Positions 8,743 through 17,103 of a DNA stretch of 64,000 bases are shown here, in pieces (the first letter of the stretch is position 1; every line of letters begins with the position of its first letter). Source of the DNA: a virus; IMG/VR virus record IMGVR_UViG_3300037086_000474, positions 1 to 64,000 of that record. One strand, given 5' to 3'. A program made the translations under genes and the position numbers. The notes below the pieces were generated by a model, which saw only the letters and a list, made by a program, of their open reading frames with translations, did no database searches and was not told the origin of the DNA.

Positions 8743-9053
8743 GAATAGAACCTGGAATGGTTTTCAAAGAGAGGCACTCTGTTTCGAGGGTTGATCTTTC
8801 GACGTACTTTTCTCAAAGAGAGGCATCTCAAGAAGAAATGGATAGTGCGATCTATTATTACATTGACCACATCGACCATAAGAAGAAAGAAGTCTATTTC
8901 AATGTATATTACCCTAAGTATAGAACTGATTATGAATCTAAGAGTGCCACTCATCATTCAGTAAGACGAACTATTTTGGCGGGGGTGTGGATCAGAGTGC
9001 CAGAAGAAGAGTTTGTAGCAATGAGAGCGAAACATCTCCTAACTTATGCTTAA
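8739..9053 (+). CDS. AKxLL-tail family protein
   Basis: MRIEPGMVF; C-term EEEFVAMRAKHLLTYA. Confidence 0.6.
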   Translation: MRIEPGMVFKERHSVSRVDLSTYFSQREASQEEMDSAIYYYIDHIDHKKKEVYFNVYYPKYRTDYESKSATHHSVRRTILAGVWIRVPEEEFVAMRAKHLLTYA

Positions 9054-9297
9054 AATACAAGTTGGAGACGTTTACAAAAGTTGGCCATCCAACTATGTAT
9101 TACCGTGTTTTCATATTGTGCAAAAGATCGAAGAAACAACCAAAACTGTGTTGTTTCAAACATGGTATTTGAATAAACAGACATGGGAAGAAGGAGCGTT
9201 TCGCACATTTGATTGGATAGAATACGCATTGAGAGAAAAAATATGGACAAAGAGTTCAGAATCGGAATGGGCACAAACACTTCTCTCGACGACATGA
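9046..9297 (+). CDS. AKxLL-tail family protein (divergent)
   Basis: IQVGDVY; C-term SESEWAQTLLS. Confidence 0.6.
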   Translation: MLKIQVGDVYKSWPSNYVLPCFHIVQKIEETTKTVLFQTWYLNKQTWEEGAFRTFDWIEYALREKIWTKSSESEWAQTLLSTT

Positions 9298-9596
9298 TTG
9301 GGGGAACTCTCTGGATTAGAATTGCAGAAAATGGTGTCTTTAAAGATAGAGAGCATGGACGAACTATTTACACTTTTAAGTACGCCTATATTAGAAAAAT
9401 AGTAGAAGACTCTATGGTTTGGTATGAGATCAACTGGTATAATGATGATGACTCTGAACCAGAAACCATCTCACATATTGGAACTTTAGAACAAAGTGTT
9501 AGAGTCGTGAAAGATAACTACAGAAGGGCTTCCTCATCCGAGGAAGTAGAAATACTATCGCATTTTGCATCCGGATTGCTGGGAGCTTCAAAATGA
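9294..9596 (+). CDS. hypothetical protein, possible divergent AKxLL-tail member
   Basis: ATGA overlap; C-term ASSSEEVEILSHFASGLLGA. Confidence 0.5.
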   Translation: MIGGTLWIRIAENGVFKDREHGRTIYTFKYAYIRKIVEDSMVWYEINWYNDDDSEPETISHIGTLEQSVRVVKDNYRRASSSEEVEILSHFASGLLGASK

Positions 9597-9931
9597 ACGA
9601 TCCCTCTCTACCAATAGAACTGGAGGAAGTAATGTCCGAGAATGGAGATTTCAATGATAAGGTCCAAATTGCTATCTTAGAAGAGATGAGTGAAGCTTTC
9701 AACGATGTTGGAGCCGAACTTGAACAAATCGTCAGTACTGAACCTAAGCAAGATGACAACAATTTTCTAAGAAATCGTCTCATCTCTATATCTCAGGCCT
9801 TTGGATACATGACCGCCCTTTTCAATCAATACTACATTTTGAACACTGGAGTCATTCCGAAAGAGCATAAGATTGGTTTTGAATCCATGCATGAAGATAA
9901 GGAAACAGAGCCAAAAGGACGTCGTAAGTAG
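9593..9931 (+). CDS. acidic helical hypothetical protein
   Basis: ORF coupled by ATGA overlap. Confidence 0.6.
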   Translation: MNDPSLPIELEEVMSENGDFNDKVQIAILEEMSEAFNDVGAELEQIVSTEPKQDDNNFLRNRLISISQAFGYMTALFNQYYILNTGVIPKEHKIGFESMHEDKETEPKGRRK

Positions 9932-9984
9932 ACATGTTGGTAGCGGTAGCATTTAGATTGCCGGCATACTTCTAACAAGAGACA

Positions 9985-10014
9985 TTTTAGAGTAGTTCGA
10001 GGAGGTAGTATAAT
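9985..10014 (+). promoter_or_regulatory. class A promoter TTTTAGAG-N16-TATAAT; ATG 6 nt downstream (probably leaderless)
   Basis: TTTTAGAG 9985-9992, TATAAT 10009-10014, ATG 10021. Confidence 0.7.
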
Positions 10015-10020
10015 CAGCTT

Positions 10021-10572
10021 ATGAAGATGAAGATCCTCGAGAACGGCAAGATGAAGAAGGGTGTGTCTCCAGACTACAACTTCTTGTTCGACAAAACCAA
10101 TGGCAGATTCGCTCGCTGGGGCAGAGAACTCAATGATGATCCATCTTGGTCCCCAGCAGGTCCGGAGATACTTGACCTTGAACTGAGTTCAGGTGGATGT
10201 GCCGGAAAATGTCCTTGGTGTTATAAGTCAAATCCCGAACGACTTATCCATAACCTCACCTTCGATGAGTTCAAGATCATCTTCCACAAAATGCCACCCA
10301 TTCTCACTCAGATCGCTTTTGGAATCACCGACATTTCCACCAATCCAGATTTTTTCAATATTATGGAATACGCTCGAGAGCATGGAGTGATTCCAAACTA
10401 CACTACCCATGGTATTGGTGTGGATGAGGAAATTGCAAACGAAACAGTAAGAATATGCGGAGCGATTGCAGTTTCAGTGTATGAGCACACGAAGGAACAG
10501 GCCTACGAGGCCATCCAGAAATACAGAAAAGCCGTCCTACAAAGCAAGGTCTATGTAAAAATAAAGAAATAA
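10021..10572 (+). CDS. radical SAM protein, N-terminal half of a split gene
   Basis: PEILDLELSSGGCAGKCPWC (CxxxCxxC), QIAFG, IPNYTTHG, GAIAVS; stops mid-barrel. Confidence 0.85.
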   Translation: MKMKILENGKMKKGVSPDYNFLFDKTNGRFARWGRELNDDPSWSPAGPEILDLELSSGGCAGKCPWCYKSNPERLIHNLTFDEFKIIFHKMPPILTQIAFGITDISTNPDFFNIMEYAREHGVIPNYTTHGIGVDEEIANETVRICGAIAVSVYEHTKEQAYEAIQKYRKAVLQSKVYVKIKK

Positions 10573-10574
10573 AT

Positions 10575-11402
10575 ATGAACTATATCCACGTGTATCAAAA
10601 CATATGTTTAGAAGCTAAAGGTAGGACCAAAACAATAGGTTTGGAAAAACATCATATTCTTCCAAAATCAATATACAGTCCTTTGGCAGCCCAAGTTCTA
10701 ACTAAAAATCAGTTTTTTGGGTTGAATTCAAAGGAGAACATTGTATTTCTAAATTTGAGAGAACATCTCTTTTGTCATCGATTGCTTGTTCGTATATTTT
10801 GTGGATTAGATGAAAATTGTTATCAGAGAATGATCTACGCATTTCATCAAATGAAAAGTCGAACTCCAAACAGTCACGTCTATGAAAGAGAAAGATCAGA
10901 ATATGCGAAAACATTATCAGTTTCTATGAGAGGAAAACCAAGTAGAGCAAAAGGAACTAAATGGACTGAAGAACATAGGAAGAGAAAGCATCATCTAAAA
11001 GATCGAACCTATGAAGACATATATGGTGAGGGAGCTCTTTTTCAAAAGAAGACGCGCTCAGAGGCTCATATTGGTATGAAGCCTTCTTTTGAAACTAAAC
11101 AGAAGATGCATTTATCAAAACTCAATCAGTCTGCTGATACGAGAAAGAAAATATCGATTAGTCACACTGGTATGAAAACTCGATTGGAAACTAAGGAAAA
11201 ACTCAGAAATATCTTTTCAGGACCTAATAGTCCAAATGCCGATAAGACAAAACATTTGTTTCTACATGAAGACGGTAGAGAGGAGCTAGCAACAAAAGCT
11301 GAAATGAAACAGAAATACGGAATTGTTGTATATCCTCTAGTGAATGGCAAACGAAATGTGATCAAAGGCTGGTCATTGAAGGAGAAAAGCTGTGGAAAAT
11401 GA
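10575..11402 (+). CDS. HNH/NUMOD3 free-standing homing endonuclease (T4 Mob-like) inside the split radical SAM gene
   Basis: EKHHILPKS...ENIVFLNLREHLFCHRLL, then H(I/T)GMKx(S/R)xETK repeats; more AT-rich than its flanks. Confidence 0.8.
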   Translation: MNYIHVYQNICLEAKGRTKTIGLEKHHILPKSIYSPLAAQVLTKNQFFGLNSKENIVFLNLREHLFCHRLLVRIFCGLDENCYQRMIYAFHQMKSRTPNSHVYERERSEYAKTLSVSMRGKPSRAKGTKWTEEHRKRKHHLKDRTYEDIYGEGALFQKKTRSEAHIGMKPSFETKQKMHLSKLNQSADTRKKISISHTGMKTRLETKEKLRNIFSGPNSPNADKTKHLFLHEDGREELATKAEMKQKYGIVVYPLVNGKRNVIKGWSLKEKSCGK

Positions 11403-12102
11403 AAAGATGATCGCAATCCCCAAAAAGCACATGCATGAGGACACTTCAGAATATGAAGAGATAACAGTGGCTGAGTTCTATAAACGGTATGGAGAACAGG
11501 CTGGGGAACAGCTAACTCAGGAGATTCTTGCCGTCAATATCCACTACATGTTGTCGCAGGAAACACTCAATGATGCGTTCAATGTTGTGCAAGACATTGT
11601 CCACGATGAGAGGCTGAAGGGTCTCAATGCCGTTGTATTCCTCCAATACAAAGATAAAGGTCGAGGCAAGGGAGAGTTCCATTCCATCCAGGACGCATGG
11701 GACTATAGACGCCTCATCGATTTCTGTGAGATGAGGAAGGTCGGATACGGTTTCGATAGCTGCTCCGCCCCTCTCTACTTCAAGGCAGTTGAAGAGCGCG
11801 AAAACTACAAACAGCTCGTCCAGTTTGCTGAGCCTTGCGAGAGCTCACTCTTTTCGAGCTACATCAACTGCTACGGTGAGTTCTATCCCTGTTCATTCAC
11901 TGAAGCTTCTGAAGGATGGAACACCGGTATTAGTGTTCTGAAGTGTGACAACTTTCTCAAGGATGTGTGGAATAATGAGAGAGTGGTGACATTCAGAAAC
12001 TCTCTCGTTGGCAGCTCTTCAAAGTGCATCAACTGCAAGTCTCAAAAGATTTGTAGGTCTTGTCCAGTCTACGATGTTTCTGCTTGCAAAGAGAAGGAGT
12101 AA
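11392..12102 (+). CDS. radical SAM protein, C-terminal half with SPASM-type Cys motif
   Basis: GTG start with SD AAGGAG; VNIHYML, NAVVFLQYK, GFDSC, PCESSLFSSYINCYGEFYPCSF...CINCKSQKICRSC. Confidence 0.85.
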   Translation: MENEKMIAIPKKHMHEDTSEYEEITVAEFYKRYGEQAGEQLTQEILAVNIHYMLSQETLNDAFNVVQDIVHDERLKGLNAVVFLQYKDKGRGKGEFHSIQDAWDYRRLIDFCEMRKVGYGFDSCSAPLYFKAVEERENYKQLVQFAEPCESSLFSSYINCYGEFYPCSFTEASEGWNTGISVLKCDNFLKDVWNNERVVTFRNSLVGSSSKCINCKSQKICRSCPVYDVSACKEKE

Positions 12103-12105
12103 TAG

Positions 12106-12333
12106 GTGTATTACGAAGGACCCACTTTCTACATGGGCGGGGTGAGTGAATACGACATATTCATGCTGAAGCAGCAGAAGGCCGTGAAGGAAAACAAAAT
12201 TGCGGCCTTTGGATACGAGGTCATGATGAAGGCTGCAAATCTAGGTTTTAACAGCATTGAAGAATACGTCAAATTCATCAAAGAGTGTCACACTATTCAA
12301 CTCGCTTCTTCTACAACAAAGACACCAGAGTAG
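12106..12333 (+). CDS. hypothetical protein
   Basis: SD AAGGAG, GTG start. Confidence 0.55.
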   Translation: MYYEGPTFYMGGVSEYDIFMLKQQKAVKENKIAAFGYEVMMKAANLGFNSIEEYVKFIKECHTIQLASSTTKTPE

Positions 12334-12368
12334 CGTCTTGATTGCCAGCAGAGGCATATTTTAAACTA

Positions 12369-12737
12369 ATGAGTAGAAATGAGAAGCGGGCCGTCATCTA
12401 CGGCGCGATGTTTGACGAGAAAGATGTTCTCGAAACTCTTCCTCCCTCCAAAAGAGCCTCATTGATGCTTGCCACAAACGAAGACATGAATGCATACGAG
12501 CTCATGCAAAACTTCGTTGAAAATAATAAAACTTTTTCCTTTTATCATGTGTTTGCACGCGAACCCCATTACGACCTTTACTTCATTGGAAGGGATTGGG
12601 ACACAATCAAAGATAATGAAACTGGAAAGCGTTTTAGGGAAAGTGTAGCACTTCGTCTCAGTAAATATTTTGACAGAAAGGTTGTCTGTAGGACGATCGT
12701 GATCCCAACAGAGGAGATGTATGAAACTTCGACATAG
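12369..12737 (+). CDS. homolog of the body of SNSS protein 21707..22087, lacking the SNSS motif
   Basis: VIYGAMF...YFIGRDWDTIKDNETGKRFRESV vs CIYGAHF...VYIGREWSSVKDDETGHQFKDSI. Confidence 0.7.
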   Translation: MSRNEKRAVIYGAMFDEKDVLETLPPSKRASLMLATNEDMNAYELMQNFVENNKTFSFYHVFAREPHYDLYFIGRDWDTIKDNETGKRFRESVALRLSKYFDRKVVCRTIVIPTEEMYETST

Positions 12738-13092
12738 TTTCGTTTCAAATAGTTCAACTACTTCATTTGTCATCATCGCCAGAAGGGCCTCTCTCAAAGA
12801 GATCGATGACCCCAATGTCAAAATCTATCTTGGTGAGTATGGTGATGGAGCCGCCTACGACAGGCCGAGCGAGGCCATCATCGCTTGGATCAAGGCAGAG
12901 AAAAGAGATGATCTCGATTTCTACTACGAATACCTTTCTGCTGGAGAAGAGCAAGAAGTCGAAGGATCTGATCTCGTCTCAAAGCTTGCTCTTCTCGCTC
13001 TCGATCCCAAGAAAGTGGTGATCAAGACTTTTGAGAAGAGCTACTATTTTCCAGAAGACGTGGAACAGTTCAAGGGGGTTGTAGAAAGATGA
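12721..13092 (+). CDS. SNSS-motif protein 1
   Basis: MKLRHSFVSNSSTTSFVII. Confidence 0.8.
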   Translation: MKLRHSFVSNSSTTSFVIIARRASLKEIDDPNVKIYLGEYGDGAAYDRPSEAIIAWIKAEKRDDLDFYYEYLSAGEEQEVEGSDLVSKLALLALDPKKVVIKTFEKSYYFPEDVEQFKGVVER

Positions 13093-13427
13093 AAATCAGG
13101 ACAGGTTTCGTCAGCAATAGTTCGTCATCGAGTTTTGTGGCTTGTCTTCCGGACAATTTTGATATCAATACTATCAACTTCGAGGAATGGGCACAGAGGG
13201 CTAGTGAGTACCACAGTCACAAAACCTTTACCACTGAAGACATCAAGAAGATGACCGAAGATTGTATCCTCTACAATGGTTGCTGTGAAGAGGACACCTT
13301 CTTTCACATCGCTCCCGACATGTTTAAAGACTATATCATCTGTCAAGTCGACGTTAGTAGCGACAGTGGAAGCTTCGCTTTTCTGAATACGAAGGAGAAA
13401 CAGAAGCTAAGGGAGATTCTGAAATGA
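13089..13427 (+). CDS. SNSS-motif protein 2
   Basis: MKIRTGFVSNSSSSSFVA. Confidence 0.8.
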   Translation: MKIRTGFVSNSSSSSFVACLPDNFDINTINFEEWAQRASEYHSHKTFTTEDIKKMTEDCILYNGCCEEDTFFHIAPDMFKDYIICQVDVSSDSGSFAFLNTKEKQKLREILK

Positions 13428-13726
13428 AGATTCGAACAGGTTTTGTGAGCAATAGTTCCTCCTCAAGTTTCGTTGCCAAGCTGCCTGAAGATTTTGACAT
13501 CAACTCGATTGATTTCGAGGATTGGGCAACAAAGGCTTCTGTCTACGGCAAATCCTTTTGTGCTCAGGATATCAGAAAGATGACTGAGAGTTGTATCAAA
13601 AAGGGCAGGTGTCGTGAGGACGAAGAGTTCTTTGGCATTGCTCCAAAAATGTTTGAACGGTTCATCACCTACCGAACAAATGTCGAAGGATTTGGAAGTT
13701 TTGTCTTCCTGAAAAATACTCTTTAG
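13424..13726 (+). CDS. SNSS-motif protein 3
   Basis: MKIRTGFVSNSSSSSFVA; close paralog of protein 2. Confidence 0.8.
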   Translation: MKIRTGFVSNSSSSSFVAKLPEDFDINSIDFEDWATKASVYGKSFCAQDIRKMTESCIKKGRCREDEEFFGIAPKMFERFITYRTNVEGFGSFVFLKNTL

Positions 13727-13736
13727 GAGAAATAAG

Positions 13737-14135
13737 ATGAAGGTAAGAAGCGGGTTTGTGAGCAACAGTTCGTCCTCGAGTTTCGTCATGCTCTTTCCGG
13801 AAGATTTCGATGTCGAAAAAATTGACTGGTCGAAGTTCGATTTCGTGGAGTTCGCAGCAGATTACTGCTACGAGGACGGCGACTATGACGATGACGCTGA
13901 AGAGATTGATGATCGAAAGCCGGTTGATGAGACTCTCAAGACTGACATCGTCAAGGGTCTCAAGAAACTTCTTGGTGGTGAAACGCTTTGGGACGAGGAA
14001 GATGCCACTGCCATGGCGGCAATTGAACTGCTTTTCCCGGACTACATCATCGCCGAAATTAGCACTGATAGTGACGGCGGTCAAATGGCTCTTGCTGACA
14101 GGGTAAAGGCCAAGAAGATTCTTGGGGTAGCATGA
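13737..14135 (+). CDS. SNSS-motif protein 4
   Basis: MKVRSGFVSNSSSSSFVM. Confidence 0.8.
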   Translation: MKVRSGFVSNSSSSSFVMLFPEDFDVEKIDWSKFDFVEFAADYCYEDGDYDDDAEEIDDRKPVDETLKTDIVKGLKKLLGGETLWDEEDATAMAAIELLFPDYIIAEISTDSDGGQMALADRVKAKKILGVA

Positions 14136-14455
14136 TGAAGAAATTTCTGATTATCCTTGGACTTATTGTCATCGTAACAGGCGGGTTTGCCAGTGGATCC
14201 ATTGAGGATGGTTCCCACTGGCTTCCAGTTGAAGGAACTGCTAGTAATCACATTATCACCGACGGTCGGAACTACTCAATCTCGATAGATGAAATAGCAG
14301 CAGTTCAACTCTATACCAGCATTTCAGCGGCTATTTTTCTCAAGGGCAATGATAGGCCACTTTATATTCAGTTCGGCAGCAAAGAGGAAACTCAAAATTT
14401 TATTGCTGAAGTCTATAAAAGAATGGCTGCTATTCAGATACCAAAGGTGAAATGA
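14132..14455 (+). CDS. secreted protein with Sec-type signal peptide
   Basis: MMKKFLIILGLIVIVTGGFASGSIED; paralog of the next gene. Confidence 0.7.
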   Translation: MMKKFLIILGLIVIVTGGFASGSIEDGSHWLPVEGTASNHIITDGRNYSISIDEIAAVQLYTSISAAIFLKGNDRPLYIQFGSKEETQNFIAEVYKRMAAIQIPKVK

Positions 14456-14757
14456 TGAAGAAACTTTTGATTGTTTTGGCTCTCATTCTCTTGTCGCTCA
14501 ATGCCTTTGCTCAGGCAAATAGTTCTTACAACTATCACATGGTGACCGACAATGCCACATATGTGATCTCGATGGATGATGTTGTGAGTGCTATGATTTG
14601 GGACGGTAATCGTATCGAAGTCTTCTTCAAAGCTGATAAAGAGCCAATGTGGATTGTTCTCAAAAATAAAGAAGAGGCCGTTGCCCTTCTCAAAGAGATC
14701 ATCAGCAAGATGCAGACTTTGAAGTACAATTTTCCAAACGATAAAGCGAATCGATGA
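14452..14757 (+). CDS. secreted protein with Sec-type signal peptide
   Basis: MMKKLLIVLALILLSLNAFA; shares HxxTD...YxISxD...KEE with the previous gene. Confidence 0.7.
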   Translation: MMKKLLIVLALILLSLNAFAQANSSYNYHMVTDNATYVISMDDVVSAMIWDGNRIEVFFKADKEPMWIVLKNKEEAVALLKEIISKMQTLKYNFPNDKANR

Positions 14758-15158
14758 AGACTCGATCGGGGTTTATCAGTAACAGCTCCTCCTCAAGTTT
14801 CGTCATGCTTTTCCCTGATGATTTCGATATCGATAAGATTGATTGGAACAAACTTGATTACTCTATCTTCATGAAGTCGTTATCAACGATCGATGAGCAA
14901 GACATCAAAGAAAAGTTTAAGAATGCAGCTGCTGATGGTCTCAAGAAACTTTTCGAACGTGGTCCCATTGGAACCAGTGTCGAAGATGAAGGTTCTTTTG
15001 ATCGAGGAATGCTTTGGGACAGTGAAATCACTGATGCAACATGGGCCGTCACCAATCTCTTTCCTCAGTATGTGATAGCTGAATTCGAAACTGGTCCAGA
15101 AGATGGTAAAATCATTCTTATCAACACCGCAAAAGCAAAGACAGCTCTGAAAATATGA
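14754..15158 (+). CDS. SNSS-motif protein 5
   Basis: MKTRSGFISNSSSSSFVM; paralog of protein 4. Confidence 0.8.
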   Translation: MKTRSGFISNSSSSSFVMLFPDDFDIDKIDWNKLDYSIFMKSLSTIDEQDIKEKFKNAAADGLKKLFERGPIGTSVEDEGSFDRGMLWDSEITDATWAVTNLFPQYVIAEFETGPEDGKIILINTAKAKTALKI

Positions 15159-15307
15159 AAGTTCGATTAGGTTTTGTGAGCAACAGTTCCTCTAGTTCTT
15201 TCATAATATCAAACGGAGCAGAACCCGATCTGTATGAGAAGGCTTTTTCTGCCGTTGTTGAAGATTTGATCGAACACGGTCATTCATTTGAAAGGCACAC
15301 ACTCTAG
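15155..15307 (+). CDS. SNSS-motif protein 6 (50 aa, absent from ORF track; possibly frameshifted, natural end 15345)
   Basis: manual translation MKVRLGFVSNSSSSSFIISNGAEPDLYEKAFSAVVEDLIEHGHSFERHTL*. Confidence 0.75.
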   Translation: MKVRLGFVSNSSSSSFIISNGAEPDLYEKAFSAVVEDLIEHGHSFERHTL

Positions 15308-15341
15308 CAGAAATAGATTCTGAAGAGGTGAAGGAGAAGAT

Positions 15342-15743
15342 ATGAAAATCAGGCAGGGATTCGTAAGTAACAGTTCCACGAGTTCTTTTTTCATGCTTTA
15401 TCGTGAGGCTACGAAGGAAGAGCTTGGTGACGAACATATCGTCATGAGCATGGATGGTGGAGAGGGCGCCGCTTATTTCCATGTCACACCTGAGATCGCA
15501 GAATGGCTCAAGAACAATGAGCCTTCTGAGCCTTATGATCTCTATTACAGCTATGTCGATTTCCGCGATGGAGAAGACACAATCAACAAAGCAGAACTTA
15601 TGGCCAAGGTTGCCACCATTCCTGACGGAGACATCAAATATCTCGTTCAGGATGTGGATCAGTGGTATCCTGAGAGTCTTGGTGACTTTCTCGAGTATTT
15701 CGACATGGAAGAAGAGGAAGAAGACGAGGACGAGGACACCTAG
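15342..15743 (+). CDS. SNSS-motif protein 7
   Basis: MKIRQGFVSNSSTSSFFML; shares G(D/E)GAAY with protein 1; acidic tail. Confidence 0.8.
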   Translation: MKIRQGFVSNSSTSSFFMLYREATKEELGDEHIVMSMDGGEGAAYFHVTPEIAEWLKNNEPSEPYDLYYSYVDFRDGEDTINKAELMAKVATIPDGDIKYLVQDVDQWYPESLGDFLEYFDMEEEEEDEDEDT

Positions 15744-15773
15744 TTTTAGAGTCATAACCACCTGATGTATAAT
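15744..15773 (+). promoter_or_regulatory. class A promoter TTTTAGAG-N16-TATAAT
   Basis: exact spacing; followed by SD GAGGTG and ATG 15794. Confidence 0.7.
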
Positions 15774-15793
15774 CATACTCAGAGAGGTGAAAG

Positions 15794-16666
15794 ATGTATC
15801 GTACTTTGAGCGGCAAAAAGATTGATGTTCTGAGCACGGATGCCATCGTCATTTCCTACGAAGATATCAGGGCTTCAGGACGTCCTTCTTTTTCTCGAGA
15901 GAATGCTCTTTATCATGAGCTTTGGAATCGAATTGATCAGTTCAGAGCGTCAAAGACCGCCACACTTGCCTTCACCTCCAAGACCCAGACACCCATAAAG
16001 AAGGACGTTTTTTCCATGTTCTCTGGACATTCTGACGGTTGGGATCAAATGCTGAGGTATTTTCAGCATGCCACCGACAAGCGGATGTTGCCGGTTCTGG
16101 ATCGCATCTTCCTTCAGGAAGACATCCACGATCTTCTCAAAGATCATCTCGAATACTACAAGAAGGCCATAGAGTACTTCGACAACAGCAGAAAGCTGCA
16201 GGCTGCCAAGAAGAAGAAACACGAACAGCTCGAAAAAAAGATCTCAACCAATCAGGCTCAGGTCTCTGCGGCTGTTTCACTTCTCATTCCCGAAATCGGA
16301 ACAAAGATGGTTCTTGCCGAAGACTGGCACATGAATCTTTACAACGAGTATCGCAACGTTGGTGTGCTGGAACTGACAGAGATCATCACAAGGAAGAATC
16401 AAAACCGGTTGGATCTCTACGGTGGCGAACGCATGAAGCACAATGAGATCGTGTTTCCCAAGGGCTCCATGCTGACTGTCGATCGCATCTACATCAGAAA
16501 GGGAGCCTCAGATTTCTCCTCACTGACTTTCTACATCGCTAAGGGTTCCAAGATCCAGCGTGCTGGACAGGAATATGTTTCTTCCAAGGCTCTCCGCTTC
16601 TGGGCCAAGCTGAGGGATGTCAATAACATGAAGGTTCAGTTTGTCGAAGAAACGGTCGTAAAGTAG
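15794..16666 (+). CDS. hypothetical phage protein
   Basis: 290 aa ORF with its own promoter and SD. Confidence 0.7.
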   Translation: MYRTLSGKKIDVLSTDAIVISYEDIRASGRPSFSRENALYHELWNRIDQFRASKTATLAFTSKTQTPIKKDVFSMFSGHSDGWDQMLRYFQHATDKRMLPVLDRIFLQEDIHDLLKDHLEYYKKAIEYFDNSRKLQAAKKKKHEQLEKKISTNQAQVSAAVSLLIPEIGTKMVLAEDWHMNLYNEYRNVGVLELTEIITRKNQNRLDLYGGERMKHNEIVFPKGSMLTVDRIYIRKGASDFSSLTFYIAKGSKIQRAGQEYVSSKALRFWAKLRDVNNMKVQFVEETVVK

Positions 16667-16667
16667 T

Positions 16668-17084
16668 ATGGAAACTGGAACGATCTATAAATTCAGCCTC
16701 AAAGTTGGTCACAAGCTCAAACACTGGCAATATAAGATTGCAGCGACCCATGAGGTCACTATTCTCATGGGGATGGTATTTCTTCTCAACAAAGTCTGCA
16801 TTCTATTGGGGTACGACTACAAAGATCGTGACATGATCTACGACTTTTCAATGTCTGATGCGCCTTTTGAAGGATATCAGATTATGCTTCATCGCATGGA
16901 TGATGTTCCATTAGAGGTGGATCAGCGATTGGGTCGCCTTTATTCTGTAGAGCTTTCAACAATCGGTGATTTTCAAGCAGAACCGTGCGTTCCAGAGTTT
17001 TTCAACAATAAGTATTTCAAACATTGGCCTGATCACATCTTTTTCAAGTTTGAAAAAACTACAGGATCTGGGATCATAAACTGA
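16668..17084 (+). CDS. hypothetical protein
   Basis: 138 aa ORF, operonic spacing. Confidence 0.6.
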   Translation: METGTIYKFSLKVGHKLKHWQYKIAATHEVTILMGMVFLLNKVCILLGYDYKDRDMIYDFSMSDAPFEGYQIMLHRMDDVPLEVDQRLGRLYSVELSTIGDFQAEPCVPEFFNNKYFKHWPDHIFFKFEKTTGSGIIN

Positions 17085-17103
17085 GAGAGGCATATTTCAC
17101 TCT

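Noticed and set aside
9932-9982. Possible structured ncRNA (CGGTAG/TTGCCG and TGTTGG/CTAACA pairing)
   Set aside because: Short stems rely on several G-U pairs and match no family I recognise
10572-11392. Group I intron in the radical SAM gene
   Set aside because: The endonuclease ORF fills the interval, leaving no non-coding room for a ribozyme core, and the C-half has its own SD
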